DNA of 49,633 nucleotides from Chitinophagaceae bacterium. Lineage in GTDB: Bacteria > Bacteroidota > Bacteroidia > Chitinophagales > Chitinophagaceae. A program made the translations under genes and the position numbers. Each line of letters starts with the position of its first letter. Position 1 is the stretch's first letter. Where the stretch lies: contig CANGQQ010000001.1 of assembly GCA_947456025.1 (NCBI GenBank), positions 1 through 49,633 on the forward strand, read 5' to 3'. Shown in pieces: positions 1-9,417 of this stretch. The notes below the pieces were generated by a model that saw only the letters and a program-made list of their open reading frames with translations, did not search any database and had not been told where the DNA came from.

Positions 1-1
1 A

Positions 2-1789
2 TTCTATGAAGCCTTTGTTCAAAACAATCCTACACAAGGTATTCTTCAAACGCTTGCTCGATCTCTAAAAGCAGGCGCCATGAAGCATCTGGGAAAGAAT
101 GCTGAAGCGGCCTATGTATTCAGTACGTTGTTTGCGAATGAAGTCGTTCAGCGAAGAAGCAATTACATGAGTTTTTACTTTTCCAACAACACGGAAAACG
201 GCATACTAAAACCCGAAGATGTTACAAGTTTTTGCAAAAGCAATCGTGAAAAAGCGAATGTACTCGGCCTCTTTGCATTGCACGGTTCCGAATTCCGACT
301 CAACGAACTGAAACAAATTGCACAATTGGACCCCGGCTCTTCCCTACTTGAATTGCTGATGATTCGGGAAGTCAATAAGCATGAAGAAAAATACCTGCAC
401 CCATTTTTACTGAAAGAGCAAGGAGAAAAATCCTGGTACAGTCGCTACTGGTACACAACGGATCAGGGGCGTCCCAATTACGACAGCATCCTGCAGTTGG
501 AAAAGCAAGAGACTATGCAGCTGGCACATTTTTGTCATCAAGTGAGCCAGAACCCCGAAGTAAAAAACAGGAGTTTATTCGAGGTAGCGGCGGCTTATTG
601 CTCCTATATGTGTAACGAGTTGAGCGAAGCATCCATCTATCTGGAGAAGGCCCGCAACTATCCAATGAATCCCCAATTGAAAGATCAATGGGCCTTAACC
701 CGCTTACTTGTGAATATCAACAAACAAGAAAGTCTGGATTCAAACTTTGAAGCCCAATTGCTACCGGAGATTCAATGGCTGGCGGCGAAAGCAACAAAGG
801 ATCCTGAATGGAAAAAATTTTACAGAAATTTATTTACGGATATTCTGGCCGTACGATACAAAAAACAAAAGAACCCTGTACTTCAACTCTTATGCATTGG
901 CGCAGGAGAACGGATCTTTTACAAAAGAACCGCATGGGAAGGTGCCTTCACCAATAAGGCTTTAAACTTTTTAAGAACAGAATTGAATGCTGCACAGGTT
1001 GAACAACTAATTCATTTGATTGAAGGCAACAGGCAATCAAACTGGCAAAAGTTTTTACTTGCAAACAATACGTTCACAAAGGATGACGTTTACGACATTG
1101 CAGGAACTTCTTTGATGCGTGAGCATCGGTATGAACAAGCAATTGGTCGGCTCCAACGTGTTTCGCCTGCCTACTACAGAAACGAAACGTTTGCCTTCTA
1201 TTTAAAAGCAAATCCATTTGCTGATCTCCGGTACGACACGCACAAACCAACCAAACAAGATACTCGCACCTATAACAAAACGGAATTCGCCAGAACGATG
1301 CACATGCTCCAACAAAAATCCGAAACCGGAACAAATGAGGAAAAAGCTCGAGCCACTTACCAAATGGCAAACGGACTATATCAAATCAGTTATTGGGGAA
1401 ATAGCTGGATGCAACTTGCATACGAGTGGTCATCAGGCGATGGTTACAATACAACCTACAATCCGGGAAACTGGAAGTACGAATATTACGGCGTGTTTAA
1501 AGCCGAAGAACTGTACCTGAAAGCAGCAGCCCTGTCAAACAATCAGAATTTCAGGGCGAAATGCATCTGGATGGCAGCCAAATGTGCACAAAAACAAAAC
1601 ATTGTTCCAACGTATGCGTTGTTTTCTGATTACGACGAATTTGAGGATGCATGGGAATCTTATACCCAAACCATCCGATCCAATAAATACTTTGACCGGT
1701 TTAAATCGCAATACCAATCAACACCTTTTTATAAGGAAATGATCAACAGCTGTGTCTATTTGCAGGATTATCTTAAAAGCTCAAAATGA
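2..1789 (+). CDS. Hypothetical helical-repeat (TPR-like) protein, 5'-truncated by window edge
   Basis: The frame of ORF 80..1789 stays open back to position 2 (FYEAFVQNNP...). The sequence is Tyr/Ala/Leu-rich and helical, with no recognisable catalytic motif. Confidence 0.75.
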   Translation, partial: FYEAFVQNNPTQGILQTLARSLKAGAMKHLGKNAEAAYVFSTLFANEVVQRRSNYMSFYFSNNTENGILKPEDVTSFCKSNREKANVLGLFALHGSEFRLNELKQIAQLDPGSSLLELLMIREVNKHEEKYLHPFLLKEQGEKSWYSRYWYTTDQGRPNYDSILQLEKQETMQLAHFCHQVSQNPEVKNRSLFEVAAAYCSYMCNELSEASIYLEKARNYPMNPQLKDQWALTRLLVNINKQESLDSNFEAQLLPEIQWLAAKATKDPEWKKFYRNLFTDILAVRYKKQKNPVLQLLCIGAGERIFYKRTAWEGAFTNKALNFLRTELNAAQVEQLIHLIEGNRQSNWQKFLLANNTFTKDDVYDIAGTSLMREHRYEQAIGRLQRVSPAYYRNETFAFYLKANPFADLRYDTHKPTKQDTRTYNKTEFARTMHMLQQKSETGTNEEKARATYQMANGLYQISYWGNSWMQLAYEWSSGDGYNTTYNPGNWKYEYYGVFKAEELYLKAAALSNNQNFRAKCIWMAAKCAQKQNIVPTYALFSDYDEFEDAWESYTQTIRSNKYFDRFKSQYQSTPFYKEMINSCVYLQDYLKSSK

Positions 1790-1841
1790 GTTCATACTGA
1801 TCGCCTGAAGATTGCTGTAAAATAGATAAGAACGGATTCTT

Positions 1842-1967
1842 TTATCGTATCACAGAACATTTACGATGTTTATGGGATGCATGTGCCGCTTCATAAGGCG
1901 TCATGATTTTTGAGCAGGAACTTAGAAACAGAAGACAACCAATCAAATACAGAATTACTGTTTTCAT
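1842..1967 (-). CDS. Small lipoprotein, 41 aa (not in ORF track)
   Basis: Hand translation gives MKTVILYLIGCLLFLSSCSKIMTPYEAAHASHKHRKCSVIR*: basic N-terminus, hydrophobic stretch, LSSC lipobox. A TATATTCA -7-like box lies at 1989-1996 (-). Confidence 0.75.
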   Translation of the reverse strand: MKTVILYLIGCLLFLSSCSKIMTPYEAAHASHKHRKCSVIR

Positions 1968-2106
1968 TTTTGGAATGGATTAAGATGTTGAATATAGCGT
2001 CATAAGCTTAAAAAATGTTCCGGCGAGTACGTAGAAACCTATACTTCAAAGGTTCACCCTTATAGATCTTATAGAATTACTCTTAGAGTTTAAGTGCTGA
2101 TGCATC

Positions 2107-2141
2107 AAAAAAAAGGCATCCCGAATGAACGAGATGCCTTT
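2107..2141 (-). terminator. Intrinsic terminator of nrdJ
   Basis: aaaggcatc...gatgccttt stem followed by a T8 run on the - strand, 20 nt after the nrdJ stop. Confidence 0.85.
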
Positions 2142-2161
2142 ACGTATCTGTTTGATTTTGA

Positions 2162-5100
2162 TTAACTACATCCCATGCTGTTGCCGCAGTTCAAACATTT
2201 GTAGCAGGTGCCGCTGCGAAGTGTAATATGTCCGCACACATTACAAGCCGGAGCATCACTTTGCATACCTCTTGCAGCTGCATTAACCGCATCCAGACTC
2301 GTATCAACTTTAACCCCGGTACTTTGACGTTGCACTTTCTGAACCTGAGGGGCAGCAGAAGGAACAACTCCTACAACACGAACATCACTTAGTTCCGGTG
2401 TTTTTTTTTCATATTCAAGTCCGGTTGGAATATCGTCCCAATCATCTGTACCGGTATTCATCACTTCAGGTTTATCCAATACATGAACCAGATCGGTACG
2501 ACCTAAATATTCATAGGCCAGACAACGGAAGACAAAGTCTACAATAGACGTTGTACTCTTGATATTGGGATGATCTACCATGCCGCTTGGCTCGAATTTC
2601 GTGAAGACAAATTTCTCGGCAAATTCTTCCAATGGAACACCGTACTGAAGGCCAACGGATACGGCAATTGCAAAACAGTTCATCAAACTGCGCAGTGTAC
2701 TACCTTCTTTCGCCAGATCCACAAAGATTTCTCCAACAGTACCATCACTGTATTCGCCTGTACGAAGGAACAAGGTTTGCCCGTTGATTTTTGCTTTCTG
2801 TGTAAAGCCTCTGCGTTTGGCCGGCAAGGTTCTGCGCTCAACGATACGGGCCAACTGACGTTTCAATTTGGTGTCAGTGGAAGCCTGCATACGCTTGGTT
2901 AATTCATCCAGCAACTCTTCAACGGTAAGTTTACCCAGATCAATCAATGTGGTGTCTATCGAATTGAGTTCGGACATAGCTTCATCCGTTTCTTCCGTTG
3001 CATCTGTAGCGACCTTCTTCTTGCTGTCGCTTTTGGTACTGAGAGGCTGTGATAATTTTGATCCGTCACGGTAAAGTGCACAAGCCTTCAATCCAATTTT
3101 CCAACTCAACATATACGCATCGGCAATTTCTTCGATGGTGGCTTCGTTGGGGAGATTGATAGTTTTAGAAATTGCACCGCTGATGAACGGTTGCACCGCA
3201 CCCATCATACGAATATGTCCACTGTGATGAATATAACGCTCTCCTTTTTTCCCGCATTTATTGGCACAATCAAAAACAGGATAATGTTCCAGTTTCAAAT
3301 ACGGCGCATCTTCAATGGTCATGGTACCGCAGATATAATCATTGGCTTCGTCTATTTGTTCCTGCGTATACCCGAGTGCTTCCAGTAAATTCCAATCGAA
3401 ATTGTTGTATTGCTCGGGTGTAAAGCCCAGTCTTTGCAAACATTCTTCTCCAAGTGTATACTTATTGAACACAAAACCGATTTCAAATGCGGAAGCCATA
3501 GCGGCATCTAACTTCTTGATTTCTTCGGCGATCAATCCTTTTTCACTGAGTGTTTGCGGATTGATGTGCGGAGCTCCATTCAATGTGGCAGCACCAACGG
3601 CATATTTTACGATTGCATCAATTTCTTTTTCGTTGTAGCCCAACTTTAATAGTGCGGTTGGAACAGACTGATTGATGATTTTGAAATAACCACCGCCACT
3701 CAGTTTTTTAAATTTCACCAATGCGAAGTCAGGTTCTACGCCGGTTGTATCGCAATCCATTACCAGTCCAATGGTTCCGGTAGGTGCAATTACAGTTGTT
3801 TGAGCATTACGATAACCAAATTTTTCTCCCATTTCCACAGCATCGTCCCATGATTTGCAGGCAGAAGTCAAAAGGTAATCGGGGCAATAAGGTGCTTTAA
3901 TCCCCTGTGGGTTGATACTCAAACCAACATAGGCATCTTCTGCATCGTAAGCAGCAGCACGATGGTTGCGCATAACACGAAGCATATCTTCCGCGTTTTC
4001 GCTGTAACGAGGGAATGCACCCAGGAATGAAGACATCTCGGCAGATGTTTTATAAGCAATCCCGGTCATGATTGCACTAAGAGCACCCGCAATACCACGC
4101 GCCTCTTCACTGTCATAAGGAATACCCATTACCATCAGCATGGAACCAAGGTTGGCATAGCCTAAACCCAGTGTACGGTAATCGTATGAAAGCTGTGCCA
4201 CTTCTTTAGACGGGAATTGCGCCATCAGTACAGAAATTTCCAACACAACGGTCCACAAACGGATCGCATATTCGTATCCTTCAACATCAAAGATTTGCGT
4301 TGCCTCGTCAAACAAACGACGAAGATTGATGGAAGCCAGGTTACAGGCTGTATTATCCAGGAACATGTACTCGCTGCAAGGATTGGATGCGTTGATGCGA
4401 CCACCCTTGGGTGAAGTGTGCCATTCGTTGATGGTAGTATCGTATTGGGTTCCGGGATCGGCACAACGCCACGCAGCGTAAGCGATTTGGTTCCAGACTT
4501 CCTGTGCCGGAATTTTTTTCATGACACGTCCATCTGTACGCGCTTTTAATTCCCACTCTTCACCTTTTTCCAGACGATCGAAAAATTCATTGGGAATACG
4601 AACCGAATTATTAGAGTTTTGTCCGCTTACAGTACGATAAGCCTCCCCTTCATAATCATTGGAATAACCGGCTGCGATCAATGCGCCCACTTTCTTTTCT
4701 TCTTCTACTTTCCAGTTGATGAAATCCATGATTTCGGGATGGTCCAGATCAAGGCAAACCATTTTGGCTGCACGACGGGTTGTTCCGCCACTTTTGATGG
4801 CTCCGGCCGCACGATCTCCGATTTTCAGGAAACTCATTAAGCCACTTGAAGATCCACCGCCGCTTAATTTTTCATTTTCACCACGTATGCTGGAAAAATT
4901 GGTTCCAACGCCCGAACCGTATTTAAAAATACGCGCCTCGCGTACCCAAAGATCCATGATACCCCCGTCATTAACGAGGTCATCGCTCACACTCAGGATA
5001 AAACATGCGTGCGGCTGAGGTCTTTCGTATGCCGAAGTTGACTTTTTCAGTTGGCCGTCGTTGGCATCTACATAATAGTGACCCTGAGGCTTCCCTTTGA

Positions 5101-5542
5101 TGCCGTAGCACTCATACAATCCGGTGTTGAACCATTGAGGTGAATTGGGCACACACACTTGATTGAGGATGCTGTAGACCAGCTCTTCATAAAAAACTGT
5201 TGCATCTTTCTCTGTTTCAAAATAGCCGTAACGTTCACCCCATACGCGCCAGCAATGCGCCATACGGTGTGCGACCTGTTTTGAAGACGTTTCACGACCC
5301 AGTGACCCGTCAGGCTGCGGAACACCGGCTTTACGGAAATACTTCTGGGCCAGAATGTCTGTCGCAATCTGACTCCAGTGCTTGGGCACTTCCACGTTAT
5401 TCATTTCAAATACAACTTCCCCTGACGGATTACGAATCACAGATGTTCTGTAATCGTATTCAAACATGTCAAAAGGAGAAACCCCTTCTTGGGTAAACCG
5501 ACGGCTGAACTGGAGCCGATTCATTTTCTTTTTGGTGGCCAT
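2162..5542 (-). CDS. nrdJ: Vitamin B12-dependent ribonucleotide reductase, class II
   Basis: PNSPQWFN, QPHACFI, GGTTRRAAKM, NASNPCSEY active site, IAPTGTI, GAISKT, ALYRDGSK, and C-terminal CxxC...CxxC zinc ribbon. Confidence 0.97.
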   Translation of the reverse strand: MATKKKMNRLQFSRRFTQEGVSPFDMFEYDYRTSVIRNPSGEVVFEMNNVEVPKHWSQIATDILAQKYFRKAGVPQPDGSLGRETSSKQVAHRMAHCWRVWGERYGYFETEKDATVFYEELVYSILNQVCVPNSPQWFNTGLYECYGIKGKPQGHYYVDANDGQLKKSTSAYERPQPHACFILSVSDDLVNDGGIMDLWVREARIFKYGSGVGTNFSSIRGENEKLSGGGSSSGLMSFLKIGDRAAGAIKSGGTTRRAAKMVCLDLDHPEIMDFINWKVEEEKKVGALIAAGYSNDYEGEAYRTVSGQNSNNSVRIPNEFFDRLEKGEEWELKARTDGRVMKKIPAQEVWNQIAYAAWRCADPGTQYDTTINEWHTSPKGGRINASNPCSEYMFLDNTACNLASINLRRLFDEATQIFDVEGYEYAIRLWTVVLEISVLMAQFPSKEVAQLSYDYRTLGLGYANLGSMLMVMGIPYDSEEARGIAGALSAIMTGIAYKTSAEMSSFLGAFPRYSENAEDMLRVMRNHRAAAYDAEDAYVGLSINPQGIKAPYCPDYLLTSACKSWDDAVEMGEKFGYRNAQTTVIAPTGTIGLVMDCDTTGVEPDFALVKFKKLSGGGYFKIINQSVPTALLKLGYNEKEIDAIVKYAVGAATLNGAPHINPQTLSEKGLIAEEIKKLDAAMASAFEIGFVFNKYTLGEECLQRLGFTPEQYNNFDWNLLEALGYTQEQIDEANDYICGTMTIEDAPYLKLEHYPVFDCANKCGKKGERYIHHSGHIRMMGAVQPFISGAISKTINLPNEATIEEIADAYMLSWKIGLKACALYRDGSKLSQPLSTKSDSKKKVATDATEETDEAMSELNSIDTTLIDLGKLTVEELLDELTKRMQASTDTKLKRQLARIVERRTLPAKRRGFTQKAKINGQTLFLRTGEYSDGTVGEIFVDLAKEGSTLRSLMNCFAIAVSVGLQYGVPLEEFAEKFVFTKFEPSGMVDHPNIKSTTSIVDFVFRCLAYEYLGRTDLVHVLDKPEVMNTGTDDWDDIPTGLEYEKKTPELSDVRVVGVVPSAAPQVQKVQRQSTGVKVDTSLDAVNAAARGMQSDAPACNVCGHITLRSGTCYKCLNCGNSMGCS

Positions 5543-5597
5543 AATAAAGTATCGTTTTGGGTTATGTTAGGTTCAAATTTTTTTAAAAGAAAGACAA

Positions 5598-5656
5598 CGA
5601 AAATATCTTTCTAAACGATTAGTCCAAAGCCATAAATATCAACAGCATGTGGAAAA
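5598..5656 (-). promoter_or_regulatory. nrdJ promoter (-7/-33) with a pair of DnaA-box-like sites upstream
   Basis: TATTTTCG (5598-5605) and TTTG (5625-5628) are 19 nt apart on the - strand. ATATCAACA (5636-5644) and TGTGGAAAA (5648-5656) resemble TTATCCACA in opposite orientations. Confidence 0.45.
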
Positions 5657-5927
5657 AGAAATCCATGCAGAACAACCCTGTTTTTCTGCATTTCAGCCAT
5701 TTTTTATTTGGTCAATCCAAAGAAATTATCTAAGAAATTCAGCCGCCATAAAATCCATTGCACATCGTATTACCGGACAATGGTTTACACACAAAATTCA
5801 CGCTGAAGTCACTAACGGAGCACTTCAAACGCAAGTCAAATCCATTGCTGTCAAGTGAAGAAAACTGTTGATTTATTGCCGGAGACGAACATTTTTTTGC
5901 ATTTTTGCAGGAACAGGAATAAAAGGC

Positions 5928-6686
5928 ATGAACCAGGGAATCTATTCACACTTACTGAATCAAAAAAATAAAGGAAAGAAATCCTTTGCCGTTTTGATTG
6001 ATCCGGATAAAGCAGAAACACAATCCCTTGTTCGCCTTACTGAATTATCGGTAACGGCAGGTGTTGACTATTTTCTCGTGGGCGGCAGCCTCGTCATATC
6101 AAACCGACTCGACGAAGTTGTTCAGCAGCTAAAAGCACTCAGTTCCATTCCGGTGATTCTGTTCCCGGGCAGCCCATCGCAAATCAGCCGCTACGCAGAT
6201 GCGCTTCTTTATTTGTCACTGATTTCGGGCAGGAACCCGGAGCTCCTTATAGGCCAACACGTCATTTCTGCGCCTTTGGTCAAACAAAGCGGACTTGAAA
6301 TTATTTCAACCGGATATATGGTTGTTGATGGCGGCGCTCCCACAACTGTTTCATACATCAGCAACGCATCCCCTCTTCCTGCTGACAAAAACGAGATCGC
6401 CATGTGTACGGCAATGGCAGGCGAAATGCTGGGCATGAAAACCATTTACATGGATGCCGGCAGCGGAGCCAAAATTCCGATTACGGAAAAGTTGATTCAA
6501 GCGGTTGCACAACAAATTTCAGCACCCCTGATCGTTGGCGGAGGCATTACAGACCCCGAGAAAGCCTATCGTAACTGTAAAGCCGGGGCTGATGTCATTG
6601 TAATTGGAAATGCCATTGAAAAAGATGCTTCTCTCATTCAGGAAATGGCATTGGCAATCCACAGCGTTCCGGAAAACGCATCGTAA
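5928..6686 (+). CDS. pcrB: Geranylgeranylglyceryl/heptaprenylglyceryl phosphate synthase
   Basis: LIDPDK, VGGS, LISGRNPELLIG, YMDAGSGA, VGGGI motifs. Start moved to the ATG at 5928. Confidence 0.93.
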   Translation: MNQGIYSHLLNQKNKGKKSFAVLIDPDKAETQSLVRLTELSVTAGVDYFLVGGSLVISNRLDEVVQQLKALSSIPVILFPGSPSQISRYADALLYLSLISGRNPELLIGQHVISAPLVKQSGLEIISTGYMVVDGGAPTTVSYISNASPLPADKNEIAMCTAMAGEMLGMKTIYMDAGSGAKIPITEKLIQAVAQQISAPLIVGGGITDPEKAYRNCKAGADVIVIGNAIEKDASLIQEMALAIHSVPENAS

Positions 6687-6788
6687 CCATTCCAACCAAA
6701 ATAACAAGAGACTGTTCGCCTTTCTGCCACCTCATTTGTACATGCCAATACAAAAGGAATCTTTACGTATGTGTCATGGGCAAGGACC

Positions 6789-6816
6789 AAAAAGAACCCC
6801 GCCGGGAACGACGGGG
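6789..6816 (-). terminator. Intrinsic terminator of the USP gene
   Basis: ccccgtcg...cggcgggg hairpin followed by ttcttttt on the - strand. Confidence 0.7.
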
Positions 6817-6848
6817 ATAAAACCAACCATACAGAAGCAGCATAGCTG

Positions 6849-7673
6849 CTATTTATGAGCAATAAAAAGCGGTAATTGCAGCTGACTGATCAACTCATCG
6901 GCAAAACTTCGTTTAAACAAAGTGCTGAACAAACTCCGCCCGTAAGCTCCTATTACCAACATCGTGTCTTTATTGTCCAGCAACCATCCTGTAAAATGTT
7001 TTTTATTTTCCAGAGCCATTTCTTTGAGTGTCAAATCCCTGAAATGTCTTGCTGCCAACTCAGTCACTTCTTCCTGATCCGGCAATTTTTGATCGGGATG
7101 CGCAGTCAGTTCAACCAGAGAAACCGGTAAATCGACCATTTCAGGAAACAAATACGCGAATTGTTTTATGGCGAACACAGAGGAAGCCTCGCCATCATAC
7201 ATCAGCATTACTTTTCGGGGCACCTGAAACGAATCGGGAACAAGCACTACCGGACATTCAGTTTTCTTTAGCAATTCCTGCATGTACTCATTGGGTTGAT
7301 CCCTGCTGATGTTTGAAAAAAAAGATTGACCACTGATAAAGAGCAAATCGGCAAATCGCGATTCGTTGATCAACGAAGCCAAGGGCAGATTGTCGGAATC
7401 GTTGTGAATACGGAATTCCATACCCGCAGCCTCACACCTTGAGCGAAATAAGTCTACATTCCTGGTAACTTTTTCGGAATAATCGCCTTCGATAACAGAA
7501 GGCATGAGCGGTACAGCTTCCAATCCTGTATAAGCTACAATTTTCGAAACATCAATGGGACTCAGGAACACACCCGTCATCAATAAGGGTTCTCTTTGAT
7601 GCAAAAAAGCAGCCAACTCAAATGCCCCTTCTGGGAAATGATCGCCATCCAACGCCAGGATTATTTTTTTCAT
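6849..7673 (-). CDS. Universal stress protein (tandem Usp domains)
   Basis: MKKIILALD, ECPVVLVP, YDGEASS, LVIGAYGRS and LPLFIAH are typical Usp motifs. Confidence 0.88.
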   Translation of the reverse strand: MKKIILALDGDHFPEGAFELAAFLHQREPLLMTGVFLSPIDVSKIVAYTGLEAVPLMPSVIEGDYSEKVTRNVDLFRSRCEAAGMEFRIHNDSDNLPLASLINESRFADLLFISGQSFFSNISRDQPNEYMQELLKKTECPVVLVPDSFQVPRKVMLMYDGEASSVFAIKQFAYLFPEMVDLPVSLVELTAHPDQKLPDQEEVTELAARHFRDLTLKEMALENKKHFTGWLLDNKDTMLVIGAYGRSLFSTLFKRSFADELISQLQLPLFIAHK

Positions 7674-7725
7674 GATAGTACGCGCTTTATATAGGCGAAA
7701 CTATTTGAAATGACCTTGCGGTGAA

Positions 7726-7761
7726 ATGATAGAAAACCGACTAATTTCTGATAGAAATCAG
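7726..7761 (-). promoter_or_regulatory. Tandem Crp/Fnr-like boxes upstream of the USP gene
   Basis: CTGAT-ttct-ATCAG, 8 nt, CGGTT-ttct-ATCAT, 22 nt, then TAGTTTCG (7696-7703). Confidence 0.6.
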
Positions 7762-7807
7762 TCCCGTATTGCGTTTCGTGAGAAAGGGGAAAACCCCAAA
7801 ACAAGCA

Positions 7808-8257
7808 TCAGCCTTTTACTTTATCCAACAATTGATTGAGCAAACGGGCTTCCTTTTGATTGAGGTTGCGAGCAATATCATCGATGCTTACGGCGATCTT
7901 CTCAAGCGAAGTCAAAAATCGTTTTCCCTTGGCAGAAATGTAGATGTCAACCAAACGCTTATCCAGTTTATTGACTTTTTTTACTACCAGTTCTTTCTGT
8001 ATCAAACGATCCACGAGTCTGCTGGTATCACTCATCTTATCCAGCATACGCTCACGAATTTGCAAAATGGTCATAGGTTTTGCGTTTCCCTGTAAAATGC
8101 GGAGTATATTGTATTGCTGTGTGGTAATACCCGTGGATGCAATCAACTTCTTCATTTGTTCATTAACCCAATTTCCGGTTAAAATCAGATTGACAACAGA
8201 TTTGTGGTGTTCATTACGGAAATTCCGTTTTTGGTGTATGTGCTTTTCTAGTCGCAT
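7808..8257 (-). CDS. MarR family transcriptional regulator
   Basis: ITTQQYNILRIL, SDTSRLVDRL, DKRLVDIYIS winged-helix pattern. Confidence 0.93.
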   Translation of the reverse strand: MRLEKHIHQKRNFRNEHHKSVVNLILTGNWVNEQMKKLIASTGITTQQYNILRILQGNAKPMTILQIRERMLDKMSDTSRLVDRLIQKELVVKKVNKLDKRLVDIYISAKGKRFLTSLEKIAVSIDDIARNLNQKEARLLNQLLDKVKG

Positions 8258-8310
8258 AAGAGTGTTTTAGGCCAGAAGTGTATTTCAAAATAAAGGTATA
8301 AAAAAAAATG

Positions 8311-9348
8311 TTACGGACCTTGCCTGTGCGGATGTTCGGCTGCATGCAACGGACCAAACTCACTGGCATAGATTTTAAATAACAATAAAAAATAGCTGAT
8401 TAGCAGGGGACCGAATATAAATCCCCAAAAACCAAACAGACTCAAACCAACAATAACGCCCAATACGGTAACCAACGGATGTACATTTCCGAGCTTTCGC
8501 ATCAAGGTAATCCGTGCGAGATAATCCACATTCCCGGTAATGGCAAGACTCCAGATAGCCAAACCAATGCCCTGTCCGTTATGACCCTGCGAAAAAAGAT
8601 AAACGACAATGGGCACCCAAATGATCATGGTACCAACGATTGGGAAAAAAGCAAAAACGCCGGTAAGGAATCCCCACAATACAAATTCATTAACGCCAAA
8701 AATCCAATACCCGATCAAAGCAAACAAACCCTGTATGAGTGAGATAAGAGGGATGCCAATTGCATTGGCACGCACCATACTGATGGTTTCACGTCCTAAA
8801 ATTGCACTGTTTTCTTCCCGAAGCGGAAGGAACTCAATGAACGATTCTTCCATCTCCTCCCCATGTTTTAACATGAAAAAAAACAGGAACAACAGCATGG
8901 CAAGATTGCTCACAACAGTAGCTGAACTGTTTAAGAATGCCGGGAAAAATCCTGTGATTCGATCCTGCACATTCGCAAGCGTCGCTTCTGAAAGCAAATC
9001 CTGACCGGTCCATTCTTTAACCTGATTCGATACGGCATTCAGCCCCTGTATCAATTCCTGTGAGTGGTGAAAAACCTCTGCAACTTTGGGCGATAGAAGG
9101 TTAATCAATAAATAGACAGGCAATCCAATCATGATTAAAAACCCCAACATAAATGCAGTTGCCAGAGCATTCTTATTCCAGTTACGCCGGATCAGTTTCC
9201 GGTAGAGGTTCCGGCACAGGATGTAGAGTGTAACAGCCCCAAGAAAACCCGGGAGAAAAATATAGAGCTCACGGAGGAGCAGGTAACCCAATGCTGCCAA
9301 AGCCGACAGCAAAAGAATTTGTCGTATTCTGTTACTGAATGATGCCAT
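8311..9348 (-). CDS. AI-2E family transporter
   Basis: Polytopic membrane protein with FFPIVGT, VHPLVTVLGVIVG and GFIFGP motifs. Confidence 0.9.
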   Translation of the reverse strand: MASFSNRIRQILLLSALAALGYLLLRELYIFLPGFLGAVTLYILCRNLYRKLIRRNWNKNALATAFMLGFLIMIGLPVYLLINLLSPKVAEVFHHSQELIQGLNAVSNQVKEWTGQDLLSEATLANVQDRITGFFPAFLNSSATVVSNLAMLLFLFFFMLKHGEEMEESFIEFLPLREENSAILGRETISMVRANAIGIPLISLIQGLFALIGYWIFGVNEFVLWGFLTGVFAFFPIVGTMIIWVPIVVYLFSQGHNGQGIGLAIWSLAITGNVDYLARITLMRKLGNVHPLVTVLGVIVGLSLFGFWGFIFGPLLISYFLLLFKIYASEFGPLHAAEHPHRQGP

Positions 9349-9417
9349 ACATTGAAAATACAAAGAAAAGGGCAGTACGTTGCAACAGTAAAAAAAATAA
9401 TTGAACGATGGGCAGGT

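Noticed and set aside
2162-5542. Intein or intron in nrdJ
   Set aside because: The frame is continuous with all motifs in order. I saw no splice-junction or homing-endonuclease motifs.
5543-5927. Cobalamin riboswitch or NrdR boxes upstream of nrdJ
   Set aside because: I saw no B12-box or GGGAA core arrangement and no tandem NrdR palindromes. The predicted leader is only ~50 nt.
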